Translations under genes and position numbers: made by a program
The notes under the pieces: generated by a model
What the model saw: only the letters and a program-made list of their open reading frames with translations
Told to the model about the DNA's origin: nothing
Databases searched by the model: none
Shown here: in pieces, positions 8,544 to 18,874 of the stretch
Layout: every line of letters begins with the position of its first letter
Position numbering within the stretch: position 1 is the first letter of the stretch
NCBI GenBank assembly: GCA_964364455.1
Contig: CAYIMR010000004.1
Coordinates: 1-46,063, forward strand
Direction: 5' to 3'
DNA from: an uncultured Planctomycetales bacterium
GTDB lineage: Bacteria; Omnitrophota; Gorgyraeia; Zapsychrales; Zapsychraceae
Length of the DNA: 46,063 nucleotides

Positions 8544-10647
8544 ATATTTGGCCTTTAAATGGAATACCGAAAATGGAAAAAATTTTCTTTGTATTCTTTG
8601 TAACATCAAATTTCTCTTCAGCCGTAGCGCGCGCCCGTTGGCCCATTTCACGCCGCTCCCGCAAGGAAAGCGTACATGCTTTTTGCAGCCCGGAATAAAC
8701 CCCTTCCCGGCTTTTCTCAACCAGATATCCGTTTGTTCCGTCGACAATTGCTTCCGGAGAACCCGGACATGTTGTGGATATACATATGAGCCCGGAAGAC
8801 ATCGCCTCCATCAAGGCCAGGCTTAAGCCTTCATTATCACTAGAGAGCACATAAATATCACTCATCTTTAAATAATCGGCGACATTACTGATATGGCCTA
8901 AAAAACGGATATTTTGTCTGGCTTTCTTCTTCTTGGCAAGTTCCTTGAGTTCCTGCCCATTTGGTCCTGTTCCAGCCAGAAGAAGAACCGCTTCCGGATA
9001 TTGCTGCCAAATCAGATCAAAAGCGTTAATCAGGCGGTCAAGACACTTCATTTTTGCCAACCGCGCAGTAGCAATAATTACCAATGCCCGGTTGTTGATG
9101 TTTAGCTCTGAACGCATCCGTTCACGAGTCTCCTCTGATGGGCTGTAGAATGATGTCCGGGTCCCATGATAAGCCACTTTCATTTTAAATCCGGGATACC
9201 CCCACCATTCTTCCAGCTTTAATTTGATATCATTGCTGACCACTAACACCGATTTGCAAAAATATGCCTTAATATTCACAATGAATCTTCTTTTATGCCA
9301 CCACAAGGCCAAGCCGGGAATGACACCAAAATACTTTTTGCTTGACCTGTCCGGACTTTTCTCCGGGCCGACATTCTCGTGCATAAAAACCCGGCCACAG
9401 GTCAGCAAAAATCCTGCCCAAATATCTGCTGCCGTAAAATCAACATACCAGCCTTGGACAAAGATTATTTTTCCAGGTTTAAGGATTTTTATAAAATTCA
9501 ACATTATCCGGAATCTGTCCCAAGCATTTTTTTGTGCGAAGGAAGAGGGAAACTCAACCACATCAATCGGCCAGTTCTTGCCTTCCATTTTCTTTAGGAA
9601 AATGGATTCTGATCCTTGCGGTACGCCCAATGTTACCCGGCAGCAAGAAAAATCAATTTTACTAAACCAGTCAAACATCAGCACTTCAGTTCCACCCCAA
9701 TCTTCATAAGACGGAAACTTGCGCATAAAAAGCAAATGAGGGATCCGATGCGTGCTTCTCATTTGCGGCTGTCCGCCAAAAATTCCACGCAACTGGTCAC
9801 GGGCACCCTCGAATGAGATTTTCTCAGTTTGATATTTTTCTAAAATCCTTTTAATCTTTCCTTTCAAAAAAAGTTTGTAATAAACATTCCATATCGGATG
9901 AACGTCTCGCTTCGGCATCAGTGAGTGTTTAATTTCCCACAACAATTGCTTAACGCTTGCCAAACGGTGTTTACAGCGAAATAAATAGAAAACGCTGTCA
10001 ATCTCCCGTTGTCGCTGCCTTGTTAACGATTTTTCATGATATTGATAATAATACAGGGGTTCCCGCAGATGATGGAGTTGAAATTTCCTTGAGACCCTGA
10101 TCCAATAATCATAATCTTCAATGAGTTCCATATCTTCGCTATAATCACCTACTTCTTCATAAACTTTTCGGGAATACAGGAAACAACCCATGACGCAATT
10201 TAACCAAATTAACTCATCCGGCTCAAGCAAGTTTATTCGCTCAGATGTGGAAATATCTCCGTTATGAAACGCAAAATAGTCGGCATACACAAAATAGGCC
10301 TGTCTGGATTTCAAAATTGCCAGCAGTTTTTCAATCGCTTCAGGTAAATAAAAATTATCATCTGAAGTCCAGGTTAAATACCTTCCACGCGAAGCTTTAA
10401 ACCCAATATTAAGCGATTTAGGTAAACGCAAGTTTCGTTCATTGCGAATATATTTAATCCTTGGATCCGTATATGACCGAATCAGCTCTGGTGTTTGATC
10501 AGAAGAGCAGTCATCCACAATGATCAGTTCAAGATCTTTAAACGATTGGGCCAGGCAGCTATCAATGGATTTTTTTAAATCTTTGGATGCGCCATTATAT
10601 GTCGGCAAAACAATGCTGACCTCCGGGGATTGAGCCGATTCATTCAT
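8536..10647 (-). CDS. bifunctional GT2-GT4 glycosyltransferase
   Basis: GT2 (VSIVLPTYN, VDDCSSD, WTSDDN) followed by GT4 (SSDNEGLSLALMEAMSSG). Confidence 0.88.
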   Translation of the reverse strand: MNESAQSPEVSIVLPTYNGASKDLKKSIDSCLAQSFKDLELIIVDDCSSDQTPELIRSYTDPRIKYIRNERNLRLPKSLNIGFKASRGRYLTWTSDDNFYLPEAIEKLLAILKSRQAYFVYADYFAFHNGDISTSERINLLEPDELIWLNCVMGCFLYSRKVYEEVGDYSEDMELIEDYDYWIRVSRKFQLHHLREPLYYYQYHEKSLTRQRQREIDSVFYLFRCKHRLASVKQLLWEIKHSLMPKRDVHPIWNVYYKLFLKGKIKRILEKYQTEKISFEGARDQLRGIFGGQPQMRSTHRIPHLLFMRKFPSYEDWGGTEVLMFDWFSKIDFSCCRVTLGVPQGSESIFLKKMEGKNWPIDVVEFPSSFAQKNAWDRFRIMLNFIKILKPGKIIFVQGWYVDFTAADIWAGFLLTCGRVFMHENVGPEKSPDRSSKKYFGVIPGLALWWHKRRFIVNIKAYFCKSVLVVSNDIKLKLEEWWGYPGFKMKVAYHGTRTSFYSPSEETRERMRSELNINNRALVIIATARLAKMKCLDRLINAFDLIWQQYPEAVLLLAGTGPNGQELKELAKKKKARQNIRFLGHISNVADYLKMSDIYVLSSDNEGLSLALMEAMSSGLICISTTCPGSPEAIVDGTNGYLVEKSREGVYSGLQKACTLSLRERREMGQRARATAEEKFDVTKNTKKIFSIFGIPFKGQIYA

Positions 10648-10649
10648 CG

Positions 10650-11777
10650 TTATTTGCCTTCTTTAAGCAGTCTGGATATGATTCTGCTGCTGGCTTTGCC
10701 ATCCCCATACGGATTAACCGCCCTAGCCATGCGTTCATATTTCTTCTTGTCTTCGATCAATTCGGCAACTTTTTGGACGACCATGGACGTCTCTGTCCCG
10801 ATCACTTCAACGCATCCTGCCGCGACCCCCTCGGGGCGTTCCGTTGTTTCGCGCATGACGAGCACCGGTTTGCCGAGGCTGGGCGCTTCTTCCTGCAAGC
10901 CGCCGGAATCGGTCAGAATGAAATAAGACCGCTTCATCAAATGCACGAACGGCAGATAATCCATTGGCGCTGTCAGGATAATGTTGTCTACTCCCTGGAG
11001 CGCCTTATTGACCGGGGCCTTGATGTTGGGGTTAAGATGGACCGGATAAACAAAAGCGATCTCATCTTTAAAGCGCAGCGCGATTTTCTTCATGGCCGCG
11101 CAGATATTCAAGATCGGCTCTCCGGTGTTTTCCCGCCGGTGCGCGGTGACCAAAATGATCTTGCGGCCGCCCAGGAAGATCCGTTCCAGATCAGTCCCCT
11201 GAAAACTGAATTCGCGACGGGCCGTATCCAGCAAGGCGTCGATGACCGTGTTGCCGGTGACCTCGATATTTTTGGGATCCACCCCTTCGTTCAAGAGATT
11301 CTGCCTGGCCGCGTCCGTGTGCGCGAAAAAAAGATCGCTGACACTGTCAATGATCTTGCGGTTGACCTCTTCGGGATACGGATGAGATTTGTTCCACGTC
11401 CGCAATCCCGCCTCGATATGGCCGATCTTCACGCGTTTATAAAAAGCGGCCAGGCTCGCCGCCATGGCCGTTGTCGTATCCCCCTGGACAAACAAGTAAT
11501 CAAATTTTTCCTGGTCAATGATCTTTCCGATCCCATGGAGAACCGTCGTTGTAATGTGGTCGAGTTCCTGATTAGCTTTCATAAGGTTCAGGTCATAATC
11601 CGCCTTCACATCGAACAGCTTTAATAAAGGGTCGACCATTTCCCGGTGCTGGCCGGTAATACAGACCTTGCACGCGAATTCCTTCGGGAATTTCTTGAAT
11701 TCCCTGATCACCGGCGCGACTTTGATCACCTCCGGCCGTGTGCCGAAGACCATAAGGACATTGAGTTTCTTAATCAT
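10650..11777 (-). CDS. wecB: UDP-N-acetylglucosamine 2-epimerase
   Basis: VFGTRPE, TGQHREM, HIEAGLRT, TDSGGLQEEAPSLGKP, NPYGDG. Confidence 0.95.
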   Translation of the reverse strand: MIKKLNVLMVFGTRPEVIKVAPVIREFKKFPKEFACKVCITGQHREMVDPLLKLFDVKADYDLNLMKANQELDHITTTVLHGIGKIIDQEKFDYLFVQGDTTTAMAASLAAFYKRVKIGHIEAGLRTWNKSHPYPEEVNRKIIDSVSDLFFAHTDAARQNLLNEGVDPKNIEVTGNTVIDALLDTARREFSFQGTDLERIFLGGRKIILVTAHRRENTGEPILNICAAMKKIALRFKDEIAFVYPVHLNPNIKAPVNKALQGVDNIILTAPMDYLPFVHLMKRSYFILTDSGGLQEEAPSLGKPVLVMRETTERPEGVAAGCVEVIGTETSMVVQKVAELIEDKKKYERMARAVNPYGDGKASSRIISRLLKEGK

Positions 11778-12527
11778 CTATACTTTCTCCGCGATGGCGA
11801 TCAGCAAGTATCCCTGATTGAGGAACGACGGTTTAGAGTGATCTTTGAGGCTGAACATTTTGATAATCAATTTCTGTAAAAATTTACCTTTAGGTAACGA
11901 TACTAGAAAATCCAGCGCGTGTTTAGTCCCCACCGAAAATTCCTTAATTTTGATGTTGGGGATGACGCTGAAACAATGCCGTAAGGTGCGAAACGGCCGT
12001 TCTCCGCCCCACGGCCAATTCTTCGTCCGTTTCATGTACCACATACCCAGGCGGTAACATACGGAATAGGCATTGGGCACCAGGATAATAACGCGTTTTT
12101 TGGCAACCCGGAATGCCTCTTTAAGGATCTCCCTGATCTGCTCATCGGTAAAATATTCAAATACACCACAACTGAAAACAGTATCAACGGAGCCGTCTTC
12201 AAACGGGAGCGGCCTGGTCATATCCCCCTGCACAAACGTCGCGGGTTTACCCAACGCGTCAAAAAGACGGTTGCTAAATTGCAGATTCTCTTTCGACCAA
12301 TCAAAAAGCGTGGTATGTTTCCCTCGCAACGCCAGCATGGCGGAATTCTCTCCGCGGCCGCTGCCCAGATCCAGCGTCGTCGCGGAGTCCTGGGTATAAT
12401 CCCGCAAAACTTCATTCCAGGGCAGATAATTCCCGTTCTGGAGCTGGCCCGCGACTTTAAGGACATCCGCGTCCGTACTTAAAAGTTTTGACCATTCATT
12501 CGGCGTTAAGTTCCAGGGATCAGCCAT
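11778..12527 (-). CDS. class I SAM-dependent methyltransferase
   Basis: LDLGSGRG motif I, GDM..LPFEDGSVDTV. Confidence 0.85.
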   Translation of the reverse strand: MADPWNLTPNEWSKLLSTDADVLKVAGQLQNGNYLPWNEVLRDYTQDSATTLDLGSGRGENSAMLALRGKHTTLFDWSKENLQFSNRLFDALGKPATFVQGDMTRPLPFEDGSVDTVFSCGVFEYFTDEQIREILKEAFRVAKKRVIILVPNAYSVCYRLGMWYMKRTKNWPWGGERPFRTLRHCFSVIPNIKIKEFSVGTKHALDFLVSLPKGKFLQKLIIKMFSLKDHSKPSFLNQGYLLIAIAEKV

Positions 12528-13467
12528 TTTTGCCTTTCACCAAAAGATAGAGATCAATAAAAAATTTATTGGCCCAGCTGATTTCTTTTTCCGGGAAATA
12601 CTCAACTCCTTTACCATAACCGCCGTAGAATCCGCCGCTGGGATTTTGGATCTTTTGCAAATACTCAAGCATCCGTCGGGCCTGTTCGTGATCCCCGATC
12701 TTATGCCAGGCCAACCCCAATTGGGCCATGCCTGTGGCACAGACCCAATCAACACCGGGACAGGCGGGAATAGCGCCATCCTTCTTTTGGATCGCGGCGG
12801 CCTGATCAAGCCCTTTTTTTGCCAATTTTTTTTCACCCAAATCTGCCAAGGCCTCCATCATATATCCAAAAACATGCGACAACGTCCCTAATTCCGGTTT
12901 GAACTCCGCGATATCGGCTTTGCTTGTGTAAAATTTAAGGCTGCGCTTAGCAACGTCAACATAATGAGGAATATTAAATTTTTTACCGGCTTCCCACAGC
13001 GGGCTTATGCAGTAAAGATTGCAATATTTAGAAAGCTTTCCGCCGCCCGGAAGGCTCCACATGTCATCGGACGGGGTCGAAATTTCACCCCGCGCGTCAA
13101 TCTGCGAAATCATAAAATCACATGCCTTAAAGATATTTGGTTTAACTTCAGGCATGTCATCAACAACAGCCAAAAATCCACGCACAACCTGAGCGGTATC
13201 GAACGTATACGCTGTGGCAACGCCAGGGGCGGCAAAAGCTCCATCCGGTTTCTGGATAGATATCTCCCAGCGTGCTAGGCCATACGCCAACTCTTTTTCA
13301 CCAGCGTTATAAAGCGACTCAATAAGATAGCCGGTCACCTCCGGGGTGACGGTCTTGGTCTTATGATGCACGGCGATCCCGGTCATGCCGACCCGGTGCC
13401 TCTTTACCCAACCAATGGCTTTTTCGAAACTTGATTTTCCACCCCAAAACTTATTAAACATAACCAC
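12520..13467 (-). CDS. alpha/alpha-barrel protein, prenyltransferase/terpene-cyclase-like repeats
   Basis: PEVTGYLI, repeated Q-x-x-DG/GG-x-F motifs (QKPDGAF, QKKDGAI, QNPSGGF), SWANKFFID. Confidence 0.6.
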   Translation of the reverse strand: MVMFNKFWGGKSSFEKAIGWVKRHRVGMTGIAVHHKTKTVTPEVTGYLIESLYNAGEKELAYGLARWEISIQKPDGAFAAPGVATAYTFDTAQVVRGFLAVVDDMPEVKPNIFKACDFMISQIDARGEISTPSDDMWSLPGGGKLSKYCNLYCISPLWEAGKKFNIPHYVDVAKRSLKFYTSKADIAEFKPELGTLSHVFGYMMEALADLGEKKLAKKGLDQAAAIQKKDGAIPACPGVDWVCATGMAQLGLAWHKIGDHEQARRMLEYLQKIQNPSGGFYGGYGKGVEYFPEKEISWANKFFIDLYLLVKGKNG

Positions 13468-13478
13468 GTTTTCCCGTC

Positions 13479-14828
13479 TTATAAGTAAATGTACTGTAGT
13501 ATTTGAAGATACTGGCTGTGAGTCATTTCATTTTTATCGGTGATTCGATCCATCCAGGATTGAGCAGTTAATTTTTCAATTGCGCCGGGAGCGAACTTTT
13601 TTGCCTCTTCCAGACTCTCGAAGGCTGAATCGTAATTTTCCATTGCGATGCCGGTTTTGGCCATGGATATGGCAGGCCAATACTTTTCTGAATCGCGGTT
13701 TATTTTCGCCAGTCGATTGCGGTCTTTTTCGATCGAAAGCTCGAATTCGGCAGCGGCCTCCGCATCCATTTTAAACAATTTGTAAATTATGCCTTTGTTA
13801 CGGTTATATTCCGGATCTTCAGGGTTTTTGACCTCCGATTCGGATTCTTTTTGCAAAGCTTGCTTGAGAAGCGCTTCAGCTTTAGGGTTATCGCTTTGAC
13901 ATAGAAGAATTCCGTACTGAATGAGTGTTCCTTTTCGAATCAAATATTTTCTTGCCAGTATATGTTCAAAAAGTTCTTTCGCCTGGCGGTAAAGCTTTGC
14001 CTCCGGGTAGGAAATGGCTGCCGTCCAATGAAGTTGTCCTTTCAAGCGGGCGTTTTGCCTGGGTATTGTAATTCCGAACATCGAAACAAAGAACCATGTG
14101 CACAGAAGCGCACCAAGAACAAGCGCAAGTTTTCGTTTAAAGATATCTTTTGTCGGAGTTCCGGTGCGGTTCAACGCATCAAAAAATATAGTTTGGGCAA
14201 ACGCCACAAATGCGATCGCCATCAGGAGCTCCTGCACCTCATCGCTTTTGATAACGGGGCTAAAAATAAAGAAAAATAAACTGATTAAAAAGAATGGATA
14301 CTCCGCGGCACCGACAAGCGGTATCCCCCACTTTAATATATATGTCCTTAACGGTTTAAATATCCGCACCGCAAGGGGCAGCAGGAAAATCCAGATTGCG
14401 ACAGCGATAAAAAATAATTTTTCGATTGGCACCGCATTATCGATAATATTGTGGATCGTCAATTCAGACTGGTAATTCAGTTTTGAGATCGCATGCGGCG
14501 TTTCAATGTTTAATATTCTCTGGGCCCAGCTAATTTCATCCATAGCAATAAGGAACATAGTTAAGGCAAGCAATAAATAACCGGGCTTACGCATATTTTT
14601 ATTCTTGACTACGGTCCATGAAAGCAGCGCAAATGCCAACATATAACAGACAAACGTTGCGTATTCTCCCCAAAAGTCTTCCAAGATCAGTCCCATATAG
14701 ATCCATGGCTGGTAGTAGTGTAAAAATAAAATACCCGCAACGAACAGACCCGCGATCATCGCATTAGCCGTCACCGCCCTGACATTTATTTTTCTTGAAA
14801 CGTCATTGTGGGTGCTATTCACGATCAT
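13479..14828 (-). CDS. membrane protein with C-terminal TPR-like helices
   Basis: Several TM segments with DEISW.QR and E.TIHN motifs; helical soluble C-terminus. Confidence 0.6.
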   Translation of the reverse strand: MIVNSTHNDVSRKINVRAVTANAMIAGLFVAGILFLHYYQPWIYMGLILEDFWGEYATFVCYMLAFALLSWTVVKNKNMRKPGYLLLALTMFLIAMDEISWAQRILNIETPHAISKLNYQSELTIHNIIDNAVPIEKLFFIAVAIWIFLLPLAVRIFKPLRTYILKWGIPLVGAAEYPFFLISLFFFIFSPVIKSDEVQELLMAIAFVAFAQTIFFDALNRTGTPTKDIFKRKLALVLGALLCTWFFVSMFGITIPRQNARLKGQLHWTAAISYPEAKLYRQAKELFEHILARKYLIRKGTLIQYGILLCQSDNPKAEALLKQALQKESESEVKNPEDPEYNRNKGIIYKLFKMDAEAAAEFELSIEKDRNRLAKINRDSEKYWPAISMAKTGIAMENYDSAFESLEEAKKFAPGAIEKLTAQSWMDRITDKNEMTHSQYLQILQYIYL

Positions 14829-17170
14829 TTAAGCGCCTCATCATAATGTTTATTTTCAACCGAACGATAAGCGCTCTCGATCCATCTTTGAGCAGTAAGG
14901 CCGTCATCATTTTTTACAATGGAAGGCTTCTTTGTCGTAATTGCGTCAACAAAATGATCGATCTGGCGCCTGAACGCTGCCCTAATATCAGCCTGATTGG
15001 GAACGCGCTTGAATTCATCCCATGTCTTGAATTTGTAAGAAATCCCTCCAAAATCCAAAAACAAACATCCGTTTACCGCGTAAATTTCCAGATAATTTTG
15101 GGACGGAACAGCCGTGTTCCAGCTGATATCCATAGACCCGGCCGCCCCATTTTCCAATACACAGGAAATAAGCGCCGTATCTTCCACTTGGATATTCTGG
15201 GTTGTACTTGTCTGCGCCCAAACGCGGCTGATAGGCCCTAACAAATACTGGATAAGATCGAACGCGTGAGGGCCGTTATCCATGATGACCCCTCCCCCCG
15301 AACAATCCTTATCCGCGTACCATGTGCCTTCCATATTGATATGCCCGCCGAACATCAGCCGGAAACTTAAGACGCGCCCCATCCCGCCCGTTGACAAGAT
15401 CTCTTTGGCTTTTTGAACTTCTTCAAAGAACCGGAATTTAAAGGCGGTTAAAAGCAATTTATTTTTCTCTTCGGCTTTGCTAACCATGGCCCGGGCCTGG
15501 TCAGCAGACACGGCCAAAGGTTTTTCGCACAACACATGGATACCGGCGTCTAATAAATCGGTTACGATACTCGGATGTGTCGACGGTATTGTGCAGACAC
15601 TTATGCCGTCTAATTTTTCTCGTTTTAACATCTCACGGTAATCACTATAAGCGTTTCCTCCTCCCAAAGGGAGCCTACCGGCCGCTTCACGCGCAAATTG
15701 ATCCGCTTTTTTAATATCTGTATCAGCAAATGCCGCGCATTGGACTTGAGGATTCTTTTTATAAGCGTTTAAATGCCAGCGCCCCATCTGTCCGCAGCCA
15801 ATGATCCCTATTCGGACAACGCGGTTTGCCACATCTCCTGTTGAAGGAGAAGTCTTCTTTAAGGGTTCCGTTTTAGGAGATGCGCTTGGGGCGACTGCGA
15901 CCGCAGCAGGGTTAAGCTTGCGCAACGTCTCTTTAAAAGCTGCTGCTGCCTTATGGATCTTTGCCTCATCCCAACTTTCATCCCAGGGCATTGTCACCAG
16001 ATGTGTCAATGTTTCCTCGGCGCGCGGGCAAAGGCCTTCCTTATACTCATACGGACGGCTGGCATAAGCGGAATTAAACGGGAACTGCGACGTGCCGTAG
16101 GTTTTCTTGGCTGTCAACGATTCACTGCATAAATAAATGGGCTTGCCCGTGTATCCCGCGGCGCACCAAAAACCGGCGGCGGTCATTGCTTTGGCAAATT
16201 GCTCCAGATCAACATTCTTCACGCGGACCGGATAAAGCCAATACGAGGGCTTGGCGCCTTCAGTCACGGGCGCGGGAACGAGATCTGGAATATCCGAAAG
16301 AAGCCGGGTTAAAAGGGACCCCATCGCCTGGCGTTTGGCCACAACCTCTTTGACCTTTTTCAACTGGGCCCGGCCGACAGCTCCGGTTAATTCATTCATT
16401 CGGTAATTCGGCGCGTGAAATCCGTAAGCGCGAGCGCCCCATCCTTTACGCATAAACCCCTTGTCGACGTAAAGCTTCATCCGTTCATAATAAGCCTTGT
16501 TGGAGGTGATGGTCATCCCGCCGTCACCAGTGGTCATGTGTTTAGATTGCTGGAAGCTGAAACAACCGATATCGCCGATCGTCCCGACCAATCTTCCTTT
16601 GTATTCGGTCACATGCGCCTGGGAACAATCTTCAATAATCGGGATCTTATGCTTACGCGCGATCGCGGCCAGGGCATCCATATCACAAGGGTTTCCGAAC
16701 AGATGGACGACAACGATCGCCCTGGTACGGCTGGTGATCTTGCGCTCCACATCCTGAGGGTCCATGTTGTACGTATGATCAATGTCCGCGAAAACCGGAA
16801 TGGCATTGAGTGAAAGGATCGGGATAACTGTCCCGAGGTCTGTAATGGGCGCGGTGATGACCTCATCTGCGGGGTTAATGTCCAAAACGCCCAAAGCCGT
16901 GTGGATGGCCGCGGTGCCGGAGGTCGAGGCAACAGCATAGGGAGCACCGTAAAGCAAAGCGAATTCCTTTTCAAAAGCATTCACCATTTTTCCATCAACG
17001 CCAAATAAATTTTGCGATACCAAAGCCTGGTTTAAAAGTTTTAATTCTTCCGGCCCAAAAGGCTTGCGCCCCCCCACGTATTTGGACCCCCGCATGAGAA
17101 AGCGATAAATCGCGTTTTCGACAGGATCTTTGATGCCGCGCCAAATTCTTGAAATTATTTTTTTAATCAT
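14825..17170 (-). CDS. DegT/DnrJ/EryC1/StrS aminotransferase fused to Gfo/Idh/MocA oxidoreductase
   Basis: SGTAAI, EDCSQA, FSFQQSKHMTTGDGG (PLP Lys), then IGIIGCGQMG, VLCEKP, GGGVIMDNGPH. Confidence 0.9.
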   Translation of the reverse strand: MIKKIISRIWRGIKDPVENAIYRFLMRGSKYVGGRKPFGPEELKLLNQALVSQNLFGVDGKMVNAFEKEFALLYGAPYAVASTSGTAAIHTALGVLDINPADEVITAPITDLGTVIPILSLNAIPVFADIDHTYNMDPQDVERKITSRTRAIVVVHLFGNPCDMDALAAIARKHKIPIIEDCSQAHVTEYKGRLVGTIGDIGCFSFQQSKHMTTGDGGMTITSNKAYYERMKLYVDKGFMRKGWGARAYGFHAPNYRMNELTGAVGRAQLKKVKEVVAKRQAMGSLLTRLLSDIPDLVPAPVTEGAKPSYWLYPVRVKNVDLEQFAKAMTAAGFWCAAGYTGKPIYLCSESLTAKKTYGTSQFPFNSAYASRPYEYKEGLCPRAEETLTHLVTMPWDESWDEAKIHKAAAAFKETLRKLNPAAVAVAPSASPKTEPLKKTSPSTGDVANRVVRIGIIGCGQMGRWHLNAYKKNPQVQCAAFADTDIKKADQFAREAAGRLPLGGGNAYSDYREMLKREKLDGISVCTIPSTHPSIVTDLLDAGIHVLCEKPLAVSADQARAMVSKAEEKNKLLLTAFKFRFFEEVQKAKEILSTGGMGRVLSFRLMFGGHINMEGTWYADKDCSGGGVIMDNGPHAFDLIQYLLGPISRVWAQTSTTQNIQVEDTALISCVLENGAAGSMDISWNTAVPSQNYLEIYAVNGCLFLDFGGISYKFKTWDEFKRVPNQADIRAAFRRQIDHFVDAITTKKPSIVKNDDGLTAQRWIESAYRSVENKHYDEALK

Positions 17171-17201
17171 GTTACCCCGCTTTCCAGTGCCTAAAATTAG
17201 A

Positions 17202-18074
17202 CTAAATTCCTACCTCTTTGTGCTTCATAGGATGTTTAATCCTATTTTTGACCCGCGCGAGACTCAGGCATTTAAAAACAATCGCCAGCAAGGCGCAGCG
17301 GCGAGCGTTTTTTTGATCTCCGCCGTCATGGTACCACTTGGCTGCGACATCATAATGATAGGCGAGTCCCCCCGTACCGAGATAACGCAGGATATCTTTG
17401 ATATGCTTGTGGACAATATATTCATATCCTCTTCCCGCCTGGATCGAGTTCCGGGAGATCGAATCCTGACATGAGTAATCATATATAAACGTCGGTTTCG
17501 GTTCGAAACCAAAATGGCAGTACTGGGCCAAGCGAATCGCCGTGTCCCATTCCTGATAGGCGACCACGGCTTCATCCAGATAACCGATGCGTTCCAAGGC
17601 TTCTTTTTTGACCAAAAGCGCCTGGAAGACGGGGCCTTCACGGCTGAGCACATCTTTATATATCCATCCGCTCCACGCCGGAAGATCATATAGCTGCATG
17701 GGTTTTCCAGGATGGACGATGTTGGCCCGTGAATGAACTACCGGGACATTTTCTCGTATGGCAACGTTCAAACGCAATTCAAGGCTTTCTGGAAGCCATT
17801 GATCATCGGAATCCAGGAACGCGATCCACTCACCGCGTGCCGCCTTAATCCCCGTATTGCGGGCGGCTTGGGCCCCCCGGTTAAGCTTGTGACGAAGCAT
17901 AACAATACGTGAATCATTCCGGCAGAATTCTTCGACCACCGCAACCGTATCATCCGTGGAGCCATCATCCACAACGATCGCTTCCCAGTCAGGAAACGTT
18001 TGTTCCTGGATGCTTTTGAGGGCTTCGCTGATTTTATGCCCGCGGTTATACGCAGGAATGATAATACTAACCAT
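17202..18074 (-). CDS. glycosyltransferase family 2
   Basis: VSIIIPAYN, VDDGSTD, FLDSDD. Confidence 0.9.
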   Translation of the reverse strand: MVSIIIPAYNRGHKISEALKSIQEQTFPDWEAIVVDDGSTDDTVAVVEEFCRNDSRIVMLRHKLNRGAQAARNTGIKAARGEWIAFLDSDDQWLPESLELRLNVAIRENVPVVHSRANIVHPGKPMQLYDLPAWSGWIYKDVLSREGPVFQALLVKKEALERIGYLDEAVVAYQEWDTAIRLAQYCHFGFEPKPTFIYDYSCQDSISRNSIQAGRGYEYIVHKHIKDILRYLGTGGLAYHYDVAAKWYHDGGDQKNARRCALLAIVFKCLSLARVKNRIKHPMKHKEVGI

Positions 18075-18874
18075 TGTTCTAAAATCCTTTCATAACTTCT
18101 ACGATATCAATACTTTTGTATAACTATTTCGTCGCAAGAACAGCGTCAAACTCAAAGATGCTGCATAGACCATCACTGGAAAAATGAAATTCCACATTTC
18201 CGGACGCCAATATCCGGCCAGTTTTCTGATCAAATCAAGCAATAACGGATGCATGCAATAGATCCCCAGCGTGTATTGGCCGAATATTTGCATCGGCCAA
18301 TTCCTGGCCCAAGACGGATGCTGCAAAGCCCAGAACATCCCGCCTACGCTCAAAGGAAGAATTCCCACCAGGACCTGATTCCCAAGATTGATATTGCTAA
18401 CCCAGGTAAAAATGTTTTGGATAATGATCAGCAATATCCCTGCACTAACAAGTTTGAGCATCAGAATTTTTTCAATTTTATTTTTTTGACCGATGAGCCA
18501 TCCCAGAGAAACAAACGCGGTCGCCTTGCTAATTCCGAACAAAGTCTCGTATTTGACATTCATGAAAAATATTTCATCAACATGGGGCTTTAAAAAAAGT
18601 TTTAATAAATAGCTGGTCATGACAACATAAATCAAATACCGCTGTTTTCCAGCAACAACGATCAACACGACCAGGGTTAGCGCTATCAGCAAGGCCGGCA
18701 GGAACCGCAAATGATAGTTAGTGCCGGTGAGTAACAGCTTCAACGGCTCATCCCAGAGATGAAGGGCACGCCAATAGACGGATTTGAGCCATCCATATTC
18801 GGTAGCCGTCTTGACTAATGACGTAAAGTCGGTCTTAAAAGCGAAATAAACCAGCGCCCAGATGATAAACAAGA

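Noticed and set aside
8544-8747. N-terminal extension of ORF 6357..8747
   Set aside because: Overlaps the upstream GT by 200 bp; ATG 8543 is coupled to the upstream stop and aligns with the paralogous GT4 start.
10773-11624. 283-aa plus-strand ORF
   Set aside because: Antisense shadow of wecB with no recognisable motifs.
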